Assembly (NCBI GenBank): GCA_015064585.1 | Contig: SVRY01000007.1 | Location: forward strand, 1-64,000 | Length of the DNA: 64,000 bases | Origin: Oscillospiraceae bacterium | GTDB taxonomy: Bacteria; Bacillota; Clostridia; Oscillospirales; CAG-272 | Direction: 5' to 3' | Shown: positions 45,815 through 55,287 of the stretch, piece by piece | Layout of the letters: each line of letters begins with the position of its first letter | How positions within the stretch are numbered: the first letter of the stretch is position 1 | Position numbers and translations under genes: made by a program | The notes under the pieces: model-generated | The model's database searches: none | Told to the model about the DNA's origin: nothing | Seen by the model: only the letters and a program-made list of their open reading frames with translations

Positions 45815-46894
45815 ATGGAAATAAATATCGGTAAAAATATTAAAAGACTGCGATTGGAAAAGAACATCACCCAAGAACAGCTTTCCGAGGCAATGGGAGT
45901 TAGTTGCGCCGCCGTCAGCAAATGGGAGCGAGGGGAGACCTATCCCGATATTACCCTTCTGCAACCGCTGGCATACTATTTTGGAGTAAGCCTGGACGAG
46001 CTAATGGGCTATGACCATGAGAAAATACAAGCAAACATCGACAATGTCATTGAAAATTACCGCAATTCCTGGAACAGCGACTACGTCAGATCCAGAGAAA
46101 TCATTGTGGATGCCTACCGAAATTATCCCAATGATTATCGGATAATGCACTACTATATGTGGGATATTGCCGGTCATATGGCAGATAATGACCCAAACGT
46201 GCTGCTGGAACACAAAGATGAATTTCGTATGATCTGTGATAAGATACTGGACGGATGCACCGATGAAAGCATTCGACGAAATGCATGGAACATGCGGGCA
46301 AAGATCCTGCACGCCGAAGGAAAGACAGAAGAAGCCCTTGCCATCTACAAAAGCAAGTATCCCAGCTGGTTTCACACAAGCGGGCAAAAAACGGAGCAAT
46401 TGTTTGCCAAAAATACAAGTGAATACTATTTTCATGTAACAAAAAATATGTACAACCTTGCCGCCTTTGCAGGCGATAAGCTGGCACGCAGTATTTTCTT
46501 TGACCCCGACACCACAGTAAACGAAGCTGCCGCCAAAGCCATCGAATATGCAAAGAAGCTATCTGCGATTGCCAACGAAACAAACGACGTGTTCTTCTCT
46601 TCTATCAGCGAAGCGTTCTGCTCCCGGATTCGCAATGATTTGACATATCGCGGCGGAAGGGATGAGGATATTGTCATTATGCTGGATTACGCTCTTTTAG
46701 CAGCCAAAGAAATTACGCAGGCAATTCCCCAAAATGAACCGCTTCGCGCGGCGTTTTGGGACCATTCCCGTGCCGGACAAAGTGAAAACTTCCTTGCTTG
46801 GATCGTTGAATATCACCTAGGTGCTGAAAACGGCAGACGCGCCGAGCTTCTGAAAAATCCTGCGTATAAGGCAGTACTGGAAAAGTATACTTGA
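45815..46894 (+). CDS. XRE-HTH regulator with a C-terminal helical/TPR-like domain (paralog of 35345..36427)
   Basis: The HTH is QEQLSEAMGVSCAAVSKWERG. Length is 359 aa. A GGAGG RBS precedes it. Confidence 0.7.
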   Translation: MEINIGKNIKRLRLEKNITQEQLSEAMGVSCAAVSKWERGETYPDITLLQPLAYYFGVSLDELMGYDHEKIQANIDNVIENYRNSWNSDYVRSREIIVDAYRNYPNDYRIMHYYMWDIAGHMADNDPNVLLEHKDEFRMICDKILDGCTDESIRRNAWNMRAKILHAEGKTEEALAIYKSKYPSWFHTSGQKTEQLFAKNTSEYYFHVTKNMYNLAAFAGDKLARSIFFDPDTTVNEAAAKAIEYAKKLSAIANETNDVFFSSISEAFCSRIRNDLTYRGGRDEDIVIMLDYALLAAKEITQAIPQNEPLRAAFWDHSRAGQSENFLAWIVEYHLGAENGRRAELLKNPAYKAVLEKYT

Positions 46895-46995
46895 TGCTTT
46901 ACAGATTGACCGAAATTTCAAAAACCAATCTCCCAAAAACCAAAATTTCCCCACCGCTTTGCATCGCAAAACGGTGGGGTTCCTACTACATATCA

Positions 46996-49626
46996 TTATT
47001 TCAGCATTCCCGCAAGGGCAGTTTCCACAGCCGCAAGTGCTGCGTCCACCTTGCTTGCATCCTTGCCGCCTGCCATGGCAGAGTCGGGACGTCCGCCGCC
47101 GCCGCCACCACAGATGACAGCCGCTTCCTTTACAAGCTTGCCCGCATTAGCGCCGCTCTTCACAGCATCGGCACCGCAGGAAGCAACAAAGTTCAGCTTT
47201 CCGCCGTTCACAAGAGCAATTACTACTACAGAAGAAGCATCCTCTGCGCGGATATTGTCGCACAGTCCGCGTACCGCATCCACCGATGCACCGTCCACAC
47301 GGGCAGCCATCAGCTTCACAGACCCAACGGTCTTCGCGCCATTACGGATAGCATCCAGTTTGGCAGAGGCAATCTTGGCTTCCAGCGATTCGATCTCGCT
47401 CTTTGCACTCTTCAATTCACTCTGCAACTGACCTGCACGCTTGGCGATATCATGAGGGTTCGGAGATTTCAGTTCCTTTGCAGTATCGGCAATCAGCGCA
47501 TCCTTTTCAGCAATCAGATGCAATACGCCCAGTCCGGTCGTACCTTCAATTCTGCGCACGCCTGCCGCAACCGAGGTTTCGGTGAGTACCTTAAACAAAC
47601 CGATCTTACCGGTATTGTCCACATGGGTACCGCCACAAAGTTCAGTGGAAAAATTGCCCATTTTCACAACACGAACGACCTTGCCGTACTTTTCACCAAA
47701 CAGTGCCATCGCACCTTCCTTGCGCGCGGATTCGATGTCGGTTTCCTTGGTTTGTACACCCTGCGCCAACAGAATATGGCTGTTGACCAGCATTTCCACC
47801 TTCTGGAGTTCTTCCTTAGTCATTGCCGCATAGTGAGAGAAGTCAAAGCGTACTCTGTCCGCATCCACATAAGAGCCCGCCTGCTCAACATGCGCACCGA
47901 GCACTTGTCTCAAAGCCGCCTGCAGAAGGTGGCAAGCAGAGTGATTGCGCATAATGCTCTGGCGTCTGACTGCATCCACTTCCATGATAACGGTATCTCC
48001 CACCTGAATATCACCGTTTGCCATAGAACAAATATGCAGGAACACACCGTCTGTCTTCTTGGTATCGCCAACAGCAATCAGCGAATCGTTATCGTAAATA
48101 GCACCGATATCGCCTACCTGACCGCCGCCTTCGCCGTAGAAAGGAGTTTTATCGGTAATCAAGGTGAAGTCACCTTCCGTAACGCGGTCAACCGGCATAT
48201 CGTCCGCAATGATCGCAATTACCTTTGCTTCGGTACGGGTAGTTTCATAGCCCACAAATTCGGTCTTTTGAATACCCTCCAAAAGCCCCTTGGAGGCATC
48301 TGCCCAGCCGGAAATATCCGCTCTTGCCGCTCTGGCTCTTTGGCGCTGATCATTCATGAGCTGTTTGAAAGCCTCTTCATCCAGCGTCAGATTTGCTTCT
48401 GCCGCGATCTCGCGTGTCAAATCAATGGGGAAGCCGAAGGTATCGTACAGCTTAAATACATCTTCGCCTGAAATTTCAGTCTTGCCCTCGGAAAGCGCCT
48501 TGCGAGTCAGATTGGAAAGAATGGAAAGGCCCGCATCAATGGTAGCGGCAAAGCGATCTTCTTCGATGGAAACAATTTTCTTAATATAATCTGCCTTTTC
48601 GGTAAGCTCCGGATATTCGCTGAGATTCTCTTTTGCAACCACATCCACAAGATCAGCAAGGAAGGTGCCTTCAATACCCAGCATTCTTCCGTGTCTTGCC
48701 GCTCTTCTCATGAGGCGGCGCAGAACGTAGCCGCGTCCTTCGTTGGAGGGCACAACGCCGTCGCAAATGAGGAAGGTAGAAGAACGGATATGGTCGGTAA
48801 TAACGCGCAAAGAAATATCGCTCTTTTCGTCCTCGCCGTACTTCACATTTGCCTTTTCGCAAATTGCCATCATGATATTGCGTACAGTGTCTACTTCAAA
48901 GAGGTTATTTACCCCCTGCATAATGCAAGCCAGACGCTCCAGCCCCATACCGGTATCGATATTGGGGTTGGCAAGACGGGTATATGTACCCGCACCGTCG
49001 CTTTCAAATTGGGTAAACACATTGTTCCAAAATTCCATATAGCGGTCGCAGTCGCAACCGGGCTTACAATCGGGGCTGCCGCATCCAAATTCGGGACCGC
49101 GATCGAAATGAATCTCGGAGCAAGGACCGCAGGGACCGGAACCGTGCTCCCAGAAGTTATCGGCTTTGCCCAAACGAACCACTCTCTCGGCGGGCAGACC
49201 GATCTTATTGACCCAAATATCATAAGCTTCGTCATCTTCTTCATAAATGGTTGCCCACAGCTTGTCCACCGGCATTTCCAAAACTTCCGTGATGTATTCC
49301 CATGCCCAAGGCAGTGCTTCTTCCTTAAAATAGTCTCCAAAGGAGAAGTTACCCAGCATTTCAAAGAAGGTACCGTGACGTGCGGTAATACCTACACGGT
49401 CAATATCAGGGGTACGGATACACTTTTGGCAGGTGGTCATACGGCGGCGAGGGGGTTCTTCCTCACCGGTAAAATACTTTTTTAGGGGAGTCATACCTGC
49501 GTTGATGAGGAGCAGCGACTTATCACCCTGAGGGACCAGGGGGAAGCTCTTGTGACGCAGATGGTTCTTGGATTCAAAGAACTGCAAATAAGATTCGCGC
49601 AGTTCATTTACGCCTGTCCATTTCAT
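46996..49626 (-). CDS. alaS: Alanine--tRNA ligase
   Basis: The class-II AlaRS N-terminus is FPLVPQGDKSLLLINAGMTPLKKYF...FEMLGNFSFGDYFK. Length is 876 aa. A TTGACA-17-TATAAT promoter lies in the 105-bp upstream gap. Confidence 0.9.
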   Translation of the reverse strand: MKWTGVNELRESYLQFFESKNHLRHKSFPLVPQGDKSLLLINAGMTPLKKYFTGEEEPPRRRMTTCQKCIRTPDIDRVGITARHGTFFEMLGNFSFGDYFKEEALPWAWEYITEVLEMPVDKLWATIYEEDDEAYDIWVNKIGLPAERVVRLGKADNFWEHGSGPCGPCSEIHFDRGPEFGCGSPDCKPGCDCDRYMEFWNNVFTQFESDGAGTYTRLANPNIDTGMGLERLACIMQGVNNLFEVDTVRNIMMAICEKANVKYGEDEKSDISLRVITDHIRSSTFLICDGVVPSNEGRGYVLRRLMRRAARHGRMLGIEGTFLADLVDVVAKENLSEYPELTEKADYIKKIVSIEEDRFAATIDAGLSILSNLTRKALSEGKTEISGEDVFKLYDTFGFPIDLTREIAAEANLTLDEEAFKQLMNDQRQRARAARADISGWADASKGLLEGIQKTEFVGYETTRTEAKVIAIIADDMPVDRVTEGDFTLITDKTPFYGEGGGQVGDIGAIYDNDSLIAVGDTKKTDGVFLHICSMANGDIQVGDTVIMEVDAVRRQSIMRNHSACHLLQAALRQVLGAHVEQAGSYVDADRVRFDFSHYAAMTKEELQKVEMLVNSHILLAQGVQTKETDIESARKEGAMALFGEKYGKVVRVVKMGNFSTELCGGTHVDNTGKIGLFKVLTETSVAAGVRRIEGTTGLGVLHLIAEKDALIADTAKELKSPNPHDIAKRAGQLQSELKSAKSEIESLEAKIASAKLDAIRNGAKTVGSVKLMAARVDGASVDAVRGLCDNIRAEDASSVVVIALVNGGKLNFVASCGADAVKSGANAGKLVKEAAVICGGGGGGRPDSAMAGGKDASKVDAALAAVETALAGMLK

Positions 49627-49732
49627 ATGTCAAATTCCTTTCGGGTTACAAATTCATATTACATCCTAAATTTGTATTATATTTTATTTTTTTACGCTTG
49701 TCAATAGATTTGAGAAAACATAGCGAATTTTA

Positions 49733-51052
49733 TCAAATTTCAAACTCTTCTATCGCCCATTCATCGCTGTCTGCTCCTTTTAATCGCTCCACGGCAGGAG
49801 CAATCAGATCATCGAAGGTAACCGACGGATTCTGGAGCAGAACATCCAAAATTCCCAAATACTCTCTTGTGATCTCACGTGGCGTTATCATACTGTCAGC
49901 CCCTGCTCTTTCGTTTGAAAATGCCAAAAAGCGTTTCATTTGATCCATTGTAACAGGCGCTTCCATTTTATGATACTGACCGTACAGAGCAGTCAGTCTG
50001 GTACACAGCGCCAACAGTTCATTATCTGACATACGGCGCAGGCGTATCACAGGCCCCATCAAATTTCGATAGTTTCCTCCCTGCATAATGCGGCTGTCGC
50101 AAAGGCGGGAACGCAATGCTTCATAACTGAATAATCCCCTGCGAGGATCCTCCAAAAACTGAGGCGTACCGCCAAGAATCACACCAAGCCCGGGTGTTCT
50201 GCCCTGCAAACTGTCATTGAAAATAGACAGCAGTTTTTCGTAGTTGTTTTCTCGGGAAATACGATTGGATATCTTATACAGATTGACCCCTTCGTCCAGC
50301 ATCACAAGGAAACCGGAAAAACCGATTTTGCGAAAAAATACAGCATACAGTTTGATATAGTCAAACCAGTTGTCATCGTCAATGACAGCTCCTACCCCCA
50401 ATTCTCTTCTCGCTTCCATGCGTGTATTGTATTCGCCTCTGAGCCAGCGAAGACACGCCGATGCTTTTTCTTGATCATCATCCCGTCTTGCGGCGAAATA
50501 GCTTCCGATCACACGGGAAAAATCAAATCCTCCCACCTGTGATTCGGTATCTCTTACCACCTCGTATACCTTAGCGGTCAGTTTGCGGTCAAATTCCAAG
50601 CTGTTTGCATCCACGCCCTCTTCAGCAAGGGCTGCAGTCATGGCGGCATGCCATTTAGCAAGGATTACTTGCAGTGCCCCGCCATCCGGACAAGCCTTAC
50701 AGGAAAGGTTTTTCATCAATTCCCGAAAGGTAGCAATGCCTGTGCCCGCTCTGCCGCAAATTCTGCGTTCTGGGCTGAGATCGCAATCCGAGGTCACAAA
50801 ATCCCGCTCAATGGCATATCCTCTGAGCAGCTGCATCAAAAAGCTTTTTCCGCTTCCGTATTTACCGATCAAGAGGCGCATTCTGCCTCCGCCCTCTTTC
50901 ATTGCATCCAAATCGTCCGCCAGTGCCGAAATCTCCTCATCCCGCCCTACGGCAATATACGCAGCTCCGCTGCGTGGCACAACGCCTGCGGCAAGGGAGG
51001 ACAGCAGTGCACCCAAAATGCGCCGCGGCACCTTTATTTCGTTTGTTTCCAT
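49733..51052 (-). CDS. DUF2791-family P-loop ATPase (BrxD-like ATP-binding protein)
   Basis: Walker A is LLIGKYGSGKSFLMQLL. Walker B is FLVMLDEGVN. Length is 439 aa. It lies 16 bp downstream of a TerB-N/TerB-C-like gene, which is the conserved partner arrangement. Confidence 0.65.
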   Translation of the reverse strand: METNEIKVPRRILGALLSSLAAGVVPRSGAAYIAVGRDEEISALADDLDAMKEGGGRMRLLIGKYGSGKSFLMQLLRGYAIERDFVTSDCDLSPERRICGRAGTGIATFRELMKNLSCKACPDGGALQVILAKWHAAMTAALAEEGVDANSLEFDRKLTAKVYEVVRDTESQVGGFDFSRVIGSYFAARRDDDQEKASACLRWLRGEYNTRMEARRELGVGAVIDDDNWFDYIKLYAVFFRKIGFSGFLVMLDEGVNLYKISNRISRENNYEKLLSIFNDSLQGRTPGLGVILGGTPQFLEDPRRGLFSYEALRSRLCDSRIMQGGNYRNLMGPVIRLRRMSDNELLALCTRLTALYGQYHKMEAPVTMDQMKRFLAFSNERAGADSMITPREITREYLGILDVLLQNPSVTFDDLIAPAVERLKGADSDEWAIEEFEI

Positions 51053-51068
51053 CTATGTGTGTCCTTTC

Positions 51069-52640
51069 CTAGATCTTCGGAAGTTCTTCAATATAATCTT
51101 CAATCACCGAATAGCCGTTTGCAGAAGGTTCCAGCAGGATATCGCCATACAAATCGGTGGTATAGGCATTGATCTTTTCCACCAGCGTTTCGGGCAGTAC
51201 CCCCCTCCTGGCGGCAAGGTCGCACAACGCCTGATATCCGCCTGTCAATACTGCTTTCAGTTCTTCTCTCGGCAACGTATCCGAAGGGAGCGCACTCTCT
51301 GATTTGACCGCTTCCGCCGCTGTTTGTTGAGGAACTTGTGCCCCTTCAGCCTCTTCCTCATACACAGCTCCCAGCCGCTGTGCCACTTTACGGGAAGCAT
51401 GTTCGATGGCAAGCGCTTCATCATCCGAAAAACCGCGCTTTCCATCATATTTTTCATCATAGTTTCGCTCTTCCACCCGTTTTTCCACACTCGCAGACGG
51501 GAAATGCCAGGCAAAATATTCGTCCAGCACCGCCTTCATTGCCGGGGTGAGCCTGGCTGTCTGAAAACCGGCGCGCAGTTTGAGTCCTCGCCGCAGGCAG
51601 TTTTCGCTGTAGCGAACAGCGTCGGTAACCAGTGCGGAAAGATCTCCTCTTAGTGTCAGCGGATGCACCACAAGGTCGATCATACGCTTTTGTGAATACG
51701 AACAAACTGCGCCTGCGTAACTGTCACGGGAGATACGTTTCGGCTCGGATTCCGGCATGACATCCTCTTCGGAAAGCAGTACGCCCAGCAGCTTGGTAAC
51801 CGCGCCCGGAATATGCTTTTCAAACAGTAATCGATTTTGAGGCGTGATAGCTTTGCTTTGACGGAACTGATAGGTACTTGACATTTCCAGAATTGCCCGA
51901 TAATATGCCTTTTTTCCTCCCTCATTTTCTGTATCCAACGCATCAATATAAAACTCTTTCAAGCTAGTTTTGTGTAGAATTTCTCCGTAGAAAGGCATCA
52001 AATGCTTGGTGGGAAGCGATACTTGATGAATCAAGCAGTAATCGGCGAGCCACTCGGAAAGATATCGGTCCAGCCGCGGATAGTCCTTGCGGCAACACGC
52101 CCACAAAAGTGCCAACTGTCTTGCTCCCTCTATGGGGGGCAACAGATCCGGCAAATTCAATACTTCATAAATATACAAAAGAACATAACTGTAATCGGGG
52201 CGTAAAAGAATTCCTTTTCTGAAATGATCGCGCCAATATAAATAATATCGCAGCTGCTTTCCGTTCAACTGAAAATACTGCGGCATAAATGAGAAGAAAG
52301 GTTCAAATTCAGCCTCTCCGAAACAGGTATTAAAAAACTGTATCCCGTTTATCCGAAACTGTTCAAAAAAACTGTAAGGAGTCGGCCAGGAGGATATACG
52401 AACCTGCTCCACCAGCATACCTTTTTTCTCAAACGATGCCAGCAGTCCGCCGCGCTTGGGATGTACTGCAGTGGTATAAGAAAACGACGGTTTCTCAGTA
52501 TTTTGGACTTTTTTGTCAACAGGCATTTCTTTGGCATCATAGACGATTGCTTTTTCGGTCATTCGCTTCTTTTTCCCCATGGGAGGCGTCAAATCATCAA
52601 CTGACCAAAAAGAATCCCCGCCAATATCTCGTTTATCCAA
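51069..52640 (-). CDS. TerB-N/TerB-C-like domain protein, the DUF2791-partner family (call from conserved context and composition; tentative)
   Basis: A strong GGAGGGGAG RBS precedes a TTG start at 52640; an in-frame ATG lies 20 codons downstream. Length is 523 aa. It is cotranscribed with the DUF2791 ATPase. Confidence 0.45.
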   Translation of the reverse strand: MDKRDIGGDSFWSVDDLTPPMGKKKRMTEKAIVYDAKEMPVDKKVQNTEKPSFSYTTAVHPKRGGLLASFEKKGMLVEQVRISSWPTPYSFFEQFRINGIQFFNTCFGEAEFEPFFSFMPQYFQLNGKQLRYYLYWRDHFRKGILLRPDYSYVLLYIYEVLNLPDLLPPIEGARQLALLWACCRKDYPRLDRYLSEWLADYCLIHQVSLPTKHLMPFYGEILHKTSLKEFYIDALDTENEGGKKAYYRAILEMSSTYQFRQSKAITPQNRLLFEKHIPGAVTKLLGVLLSEEDVMPESEPKRISRDSYAGAVCSYSQKRMIDLVVHPLTLRGDLSALVTDAVRYSENCLRRGLKLRAGFQTARLTPAMKAVLDEYFAWHFPSASVEKRVEERNYDEKYDGKRGFSDDEALAIEHASRKVAQRLGAVYEEEAEGAQVPQQTAAEAVKSESALPSDTLPREELKAVLTGGYQALCDLAARRGVLPETLVEKINAYTTDLYGDILLEPSANGYSVIEDYIEELPKI

Positions 52641-52878
52641 ATATCTCCCCTCCTCTTCACAACATATTTTGCGTTTGGAATATAATATTATAACAGATTA
52701 TCCCACAATTGTCAACCAAATTATACGCAATTGCTTTCATATGAAAAAAATAAAAATAGTTTTAAAACCGCACGATCTCTCTTGACATTTCGTCACCCAT
52801 GTGATATACTATTGTTAACAAAGGAATTCTGTCTCGCGGGATCTCTTTTGAAATTTATTTTTAGAAAGGAATTTAGCA

Positions 52879-53595
52879 ATGAAAAAAACATTATCTCTTG
52901 TTTTGGCATTGATCCTGTCTGTTTTCTGCTTGGCTTCCTGCGGCGGCGAAAGCATCGATGTCAACAATGCGTATGATCTCTACGCCAATGCCATGAAAGC
53001 GGCTGAAAACGGCATGGAAGTAAAAATGACCATGAACGTAGCCGGAGTAGACACCGTTACTAACTTGAAGCTCGGCAAGGATGCCTGCGAAATCACTACC
53101 ACTGTTGAAGGTATGGAGTCTGCCATCATCTTTGTTGACGGTGTCATGTACATGGAAATGGATCTGGGCGCGCTGGGCGGCGTTCAGAAAATGAAACAAG
53201 AACTCTCTTTTGAAGAATTTATGGAAGAGAACGGCTCCGGTACAGATATGCCCGATTTGACCAAAGAAATGCTCAAGGATATCAAGGTTGAAACCGTAGA
53301 CGGCAAAAAGAGCTTTACCATTGACTTGACCTCCCAGTCCGAACTGGTAGAAAGTATGCTGGGTAAAGAATATGCAGATGCCAATCTCGGTTCTGCTTCC
53401 CTCACCTGTAATTTCTCCGCCAAGGGTGTTATGACCGGCTACAGCTTGAACTGCTTTATTACCGTAATGGGTCAGAGCATGGAATTGGATATTCAGATGG
53501 AAATCACAAGCATTGGTAAGCAGCCCACAATCTCCGCTCCCGAAGACGCAGATTCCTACAAGGATCTTAGCTCTTTAGGCGGTCTGCTCGGCTAA
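52879..53595 (+). CDS. Lipoprotein (hypothetical)
   Basis: The lipobox is VFCLASCGG. An AAAGGAA RBS precedes it. The promoter is TTGACA-17-TGATATACT at 52783-52811. Confidence 0.65.
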   Translation: MKKTLSLVLALILSVFCLASCGGESIDVNNAYDLYANAMKAAENGMEVKMTMNVAGVDTVTNLKLGKDACEITTTVEGMESAIIFVDGVMYMEMDLGALGGVQKMKQELSFEEFMEENGSGTDMPDLTKEMLKDIKVETVDGKKSFTIDLTSQSELVESMLGKEYADANLGSASLTCNFSAKGVMTGYSLNCFITVMGQSMELDIQMEITSIGKQPTISAPEDADSYKDLSSLGGLLG

Positions 53596-53667
53596 CTACC
53601 GCAGTTTTTGAACACAATACCCTATCAATGAAAAGATCCTGTCCTCCGTTTGGAGGGCAGGATCTTT

Positions 53668-55215
53668 TTATTGAATCGGGATAATCAAATGTGTAACACC
53701 GTCGGCAACAACTACTGCATTTCCGTCAACCATGCGACAAATATCGCCTTGACCGCTGTTTTGTCCCACATCACAAAGGAACACGATCTCTCCCTTTGCC
53801 GTATATGCGAAAGCAGCTACGTCCCCTCTGAGCGAAGATGCCTTTTTGCCGTCAAATACTGTCAGCACACCGCTTACAGCATCGCAATCCGCTAAAAAAG
53901 CAACCCCCTCGACTCCATCCCATTTGATCATTTGAGCCGATACTTCATATCCAAGACATTTTCCGTTAATATACAGATCTCCCAAATCATCCTTCACATC
54001 TTTCAAGCATACAATGCCGCTTGGGGTCGCGCATACAAGGCTCTCCACTTCGGAATCACAAAGCACAGTTGCCTGCGGCTTTTGATCCTTGATCTCAACG
54101 CAGTATGCATCCTTGCCCTGCGCGGCAGTATCTCCTTCCAAATAGTACAATCTGCCGCCTGTCGGATCAAAACAGAAGTCTGTGGCGGTTTTGCCGCAAT
54201 CCAGCACATATTGTGCCGTACCCGCAATCAGCATAAATTCTTCTTTGTCTGCAATAACCAGCATTTCATCACAGCAAGCAAGCATCTGTGCCTCTGCAGA
54301 AGCTATTTTATGAGCCTTTTTACTATCAAAGCAGTAAAAACCTTCCTTGTCTGCATAATACACATATGTGATCGCTTCAGATGCACAGTATGCGCTGACA
54401 TCGGAAGAAATCTTCATGGGAGTCTTTGTACCTTCAATTAAATACAATCCGCCTTGCGTCAAATAAACCGCTCCGGCTCCGTCACTCCCCACTGTTGCTT
54501 GTTTCACATCAGCTGCTATTTTGGTTTTTGTCTTTAAATCGTGTCGATACAGAATTTTATCAAGGGTGATATAGTAGACCATATTTCCCGTATCGCTGAT
54601 ATCATACCATGTGATATTATTTCCCAATTTCACAGGCAGCATATCGGTTCCCGGTTTTGTGCAGTAAAGCGAGTATCCCCCTGTTCCCGCACCGGAACGG
54701 TCGGGATAAAACAGCGTTTTTCCGTCACTACTGAGTTTAACCGCAGCCATAAGAGCATTCGGATCCTCAATTGCACCTGCCAGATCTTTGGTGATCTGAT
54801 TCTCAGCATTACCTGTCAAATCGTTATAAAACAATTCACCGTCTTTTACATAAAGGACCACATTGTTATCACTTTTGGTCAAAATGCCAAATCCCAGATC
54901 CTCATAAAAAACATATAACGCTACCACTGCCAAAACAGCAAGTAACAAGCAGATAAAAACCCCTTTTCGTGAGTTACCTTTTCTCACCTTTTTCGTTTCG
55001 GGCTCCCCTGTCGGTTCTTCTGTCAAATCTTCTGTCGGTTCCGATTCTTCCTGTACCGCAATTTCCTCTTCTGCCGCATTCTTTTCTGTCAAAGTTTCTT
55101 CTTCCTTTTCCGCAGCGGAGGACACAAGTCCCGCAACAATCAACGGCGAAGCACATTCAGAACAAAACTTCGCTCCGTCCGGCATTTCTTTATTACATTT
55201 CGGACATTTCAACAT
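53668..55215 (-). CDS. Membrane protein with an N-terminal zinc ribbon, an acidic linker, one TM, and a large extracytoplasmic beta-rich domain
   Basis: The zinc ribbon is CPKCNKEMPDGAKFCSECA. The TM is GVFICLLLAVLAVVALYVFY. Length is 515 aa. Confidence 0.6.
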   Translation of the reverse strand: MLKCPKCNKEMPDGAKFCSECASPLIVAGLVSSAAEKEEETLTEKNAAEEEIAVQEESEPTEDLTEEPTGEPETKKVRKGNSRKGVFICLLLAVLAVVALYVFYEDLGFGILTKSDNNVVLYVKDGELFYNDLTGNAENQITKDLAGAIEDPNALMAAVKLSSDGKTLFYPDRSGAGTGGYSLYCTKPGTDMLPVKLGNNITWYDISDTGNMVYYITLDKILYRHDLKTKTKIAADVKQATVGSDGAGAVYLTQGGLYLIEGTKTPMKISSDVSAYCASEAITYVYYADKEGFYCFDSKKAHKIASAEAQMLACCDEMLVIADKEEFMLIAGTAQYVLDCGKTATDFCFDPTGGRLYYLEGDTAAQGKDAYCVEIKDQKPQATVLCDSEVESLVCATPSGIVCLKDVKDDLGDLYINGKCLGYEVSAQMIKWDGVEGVAFLADCDAVSGVLTVFDGKKASSLRGDVAAFAYTAKGEIVFLCDVGQNSGQGDICRMVDGNAVVVADGVTHLIIPIQ

Positions 55216-55287
55216 ATCTTTATCCTTTCATTCGGACATAGAATTTACTGTATTATATAATAGCATAAAAATGCAAGGATTGCAACC

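Noticed and set aside
49627-49732. T-box leader expected upstream of alaS
   Set aside because: The upstream gap before the next gene is only about 105 bp and contains just a TTGACA-17-TATAAT promoter. That is too short for a T-box, and no GGGTGGNACCGCG motif is present.
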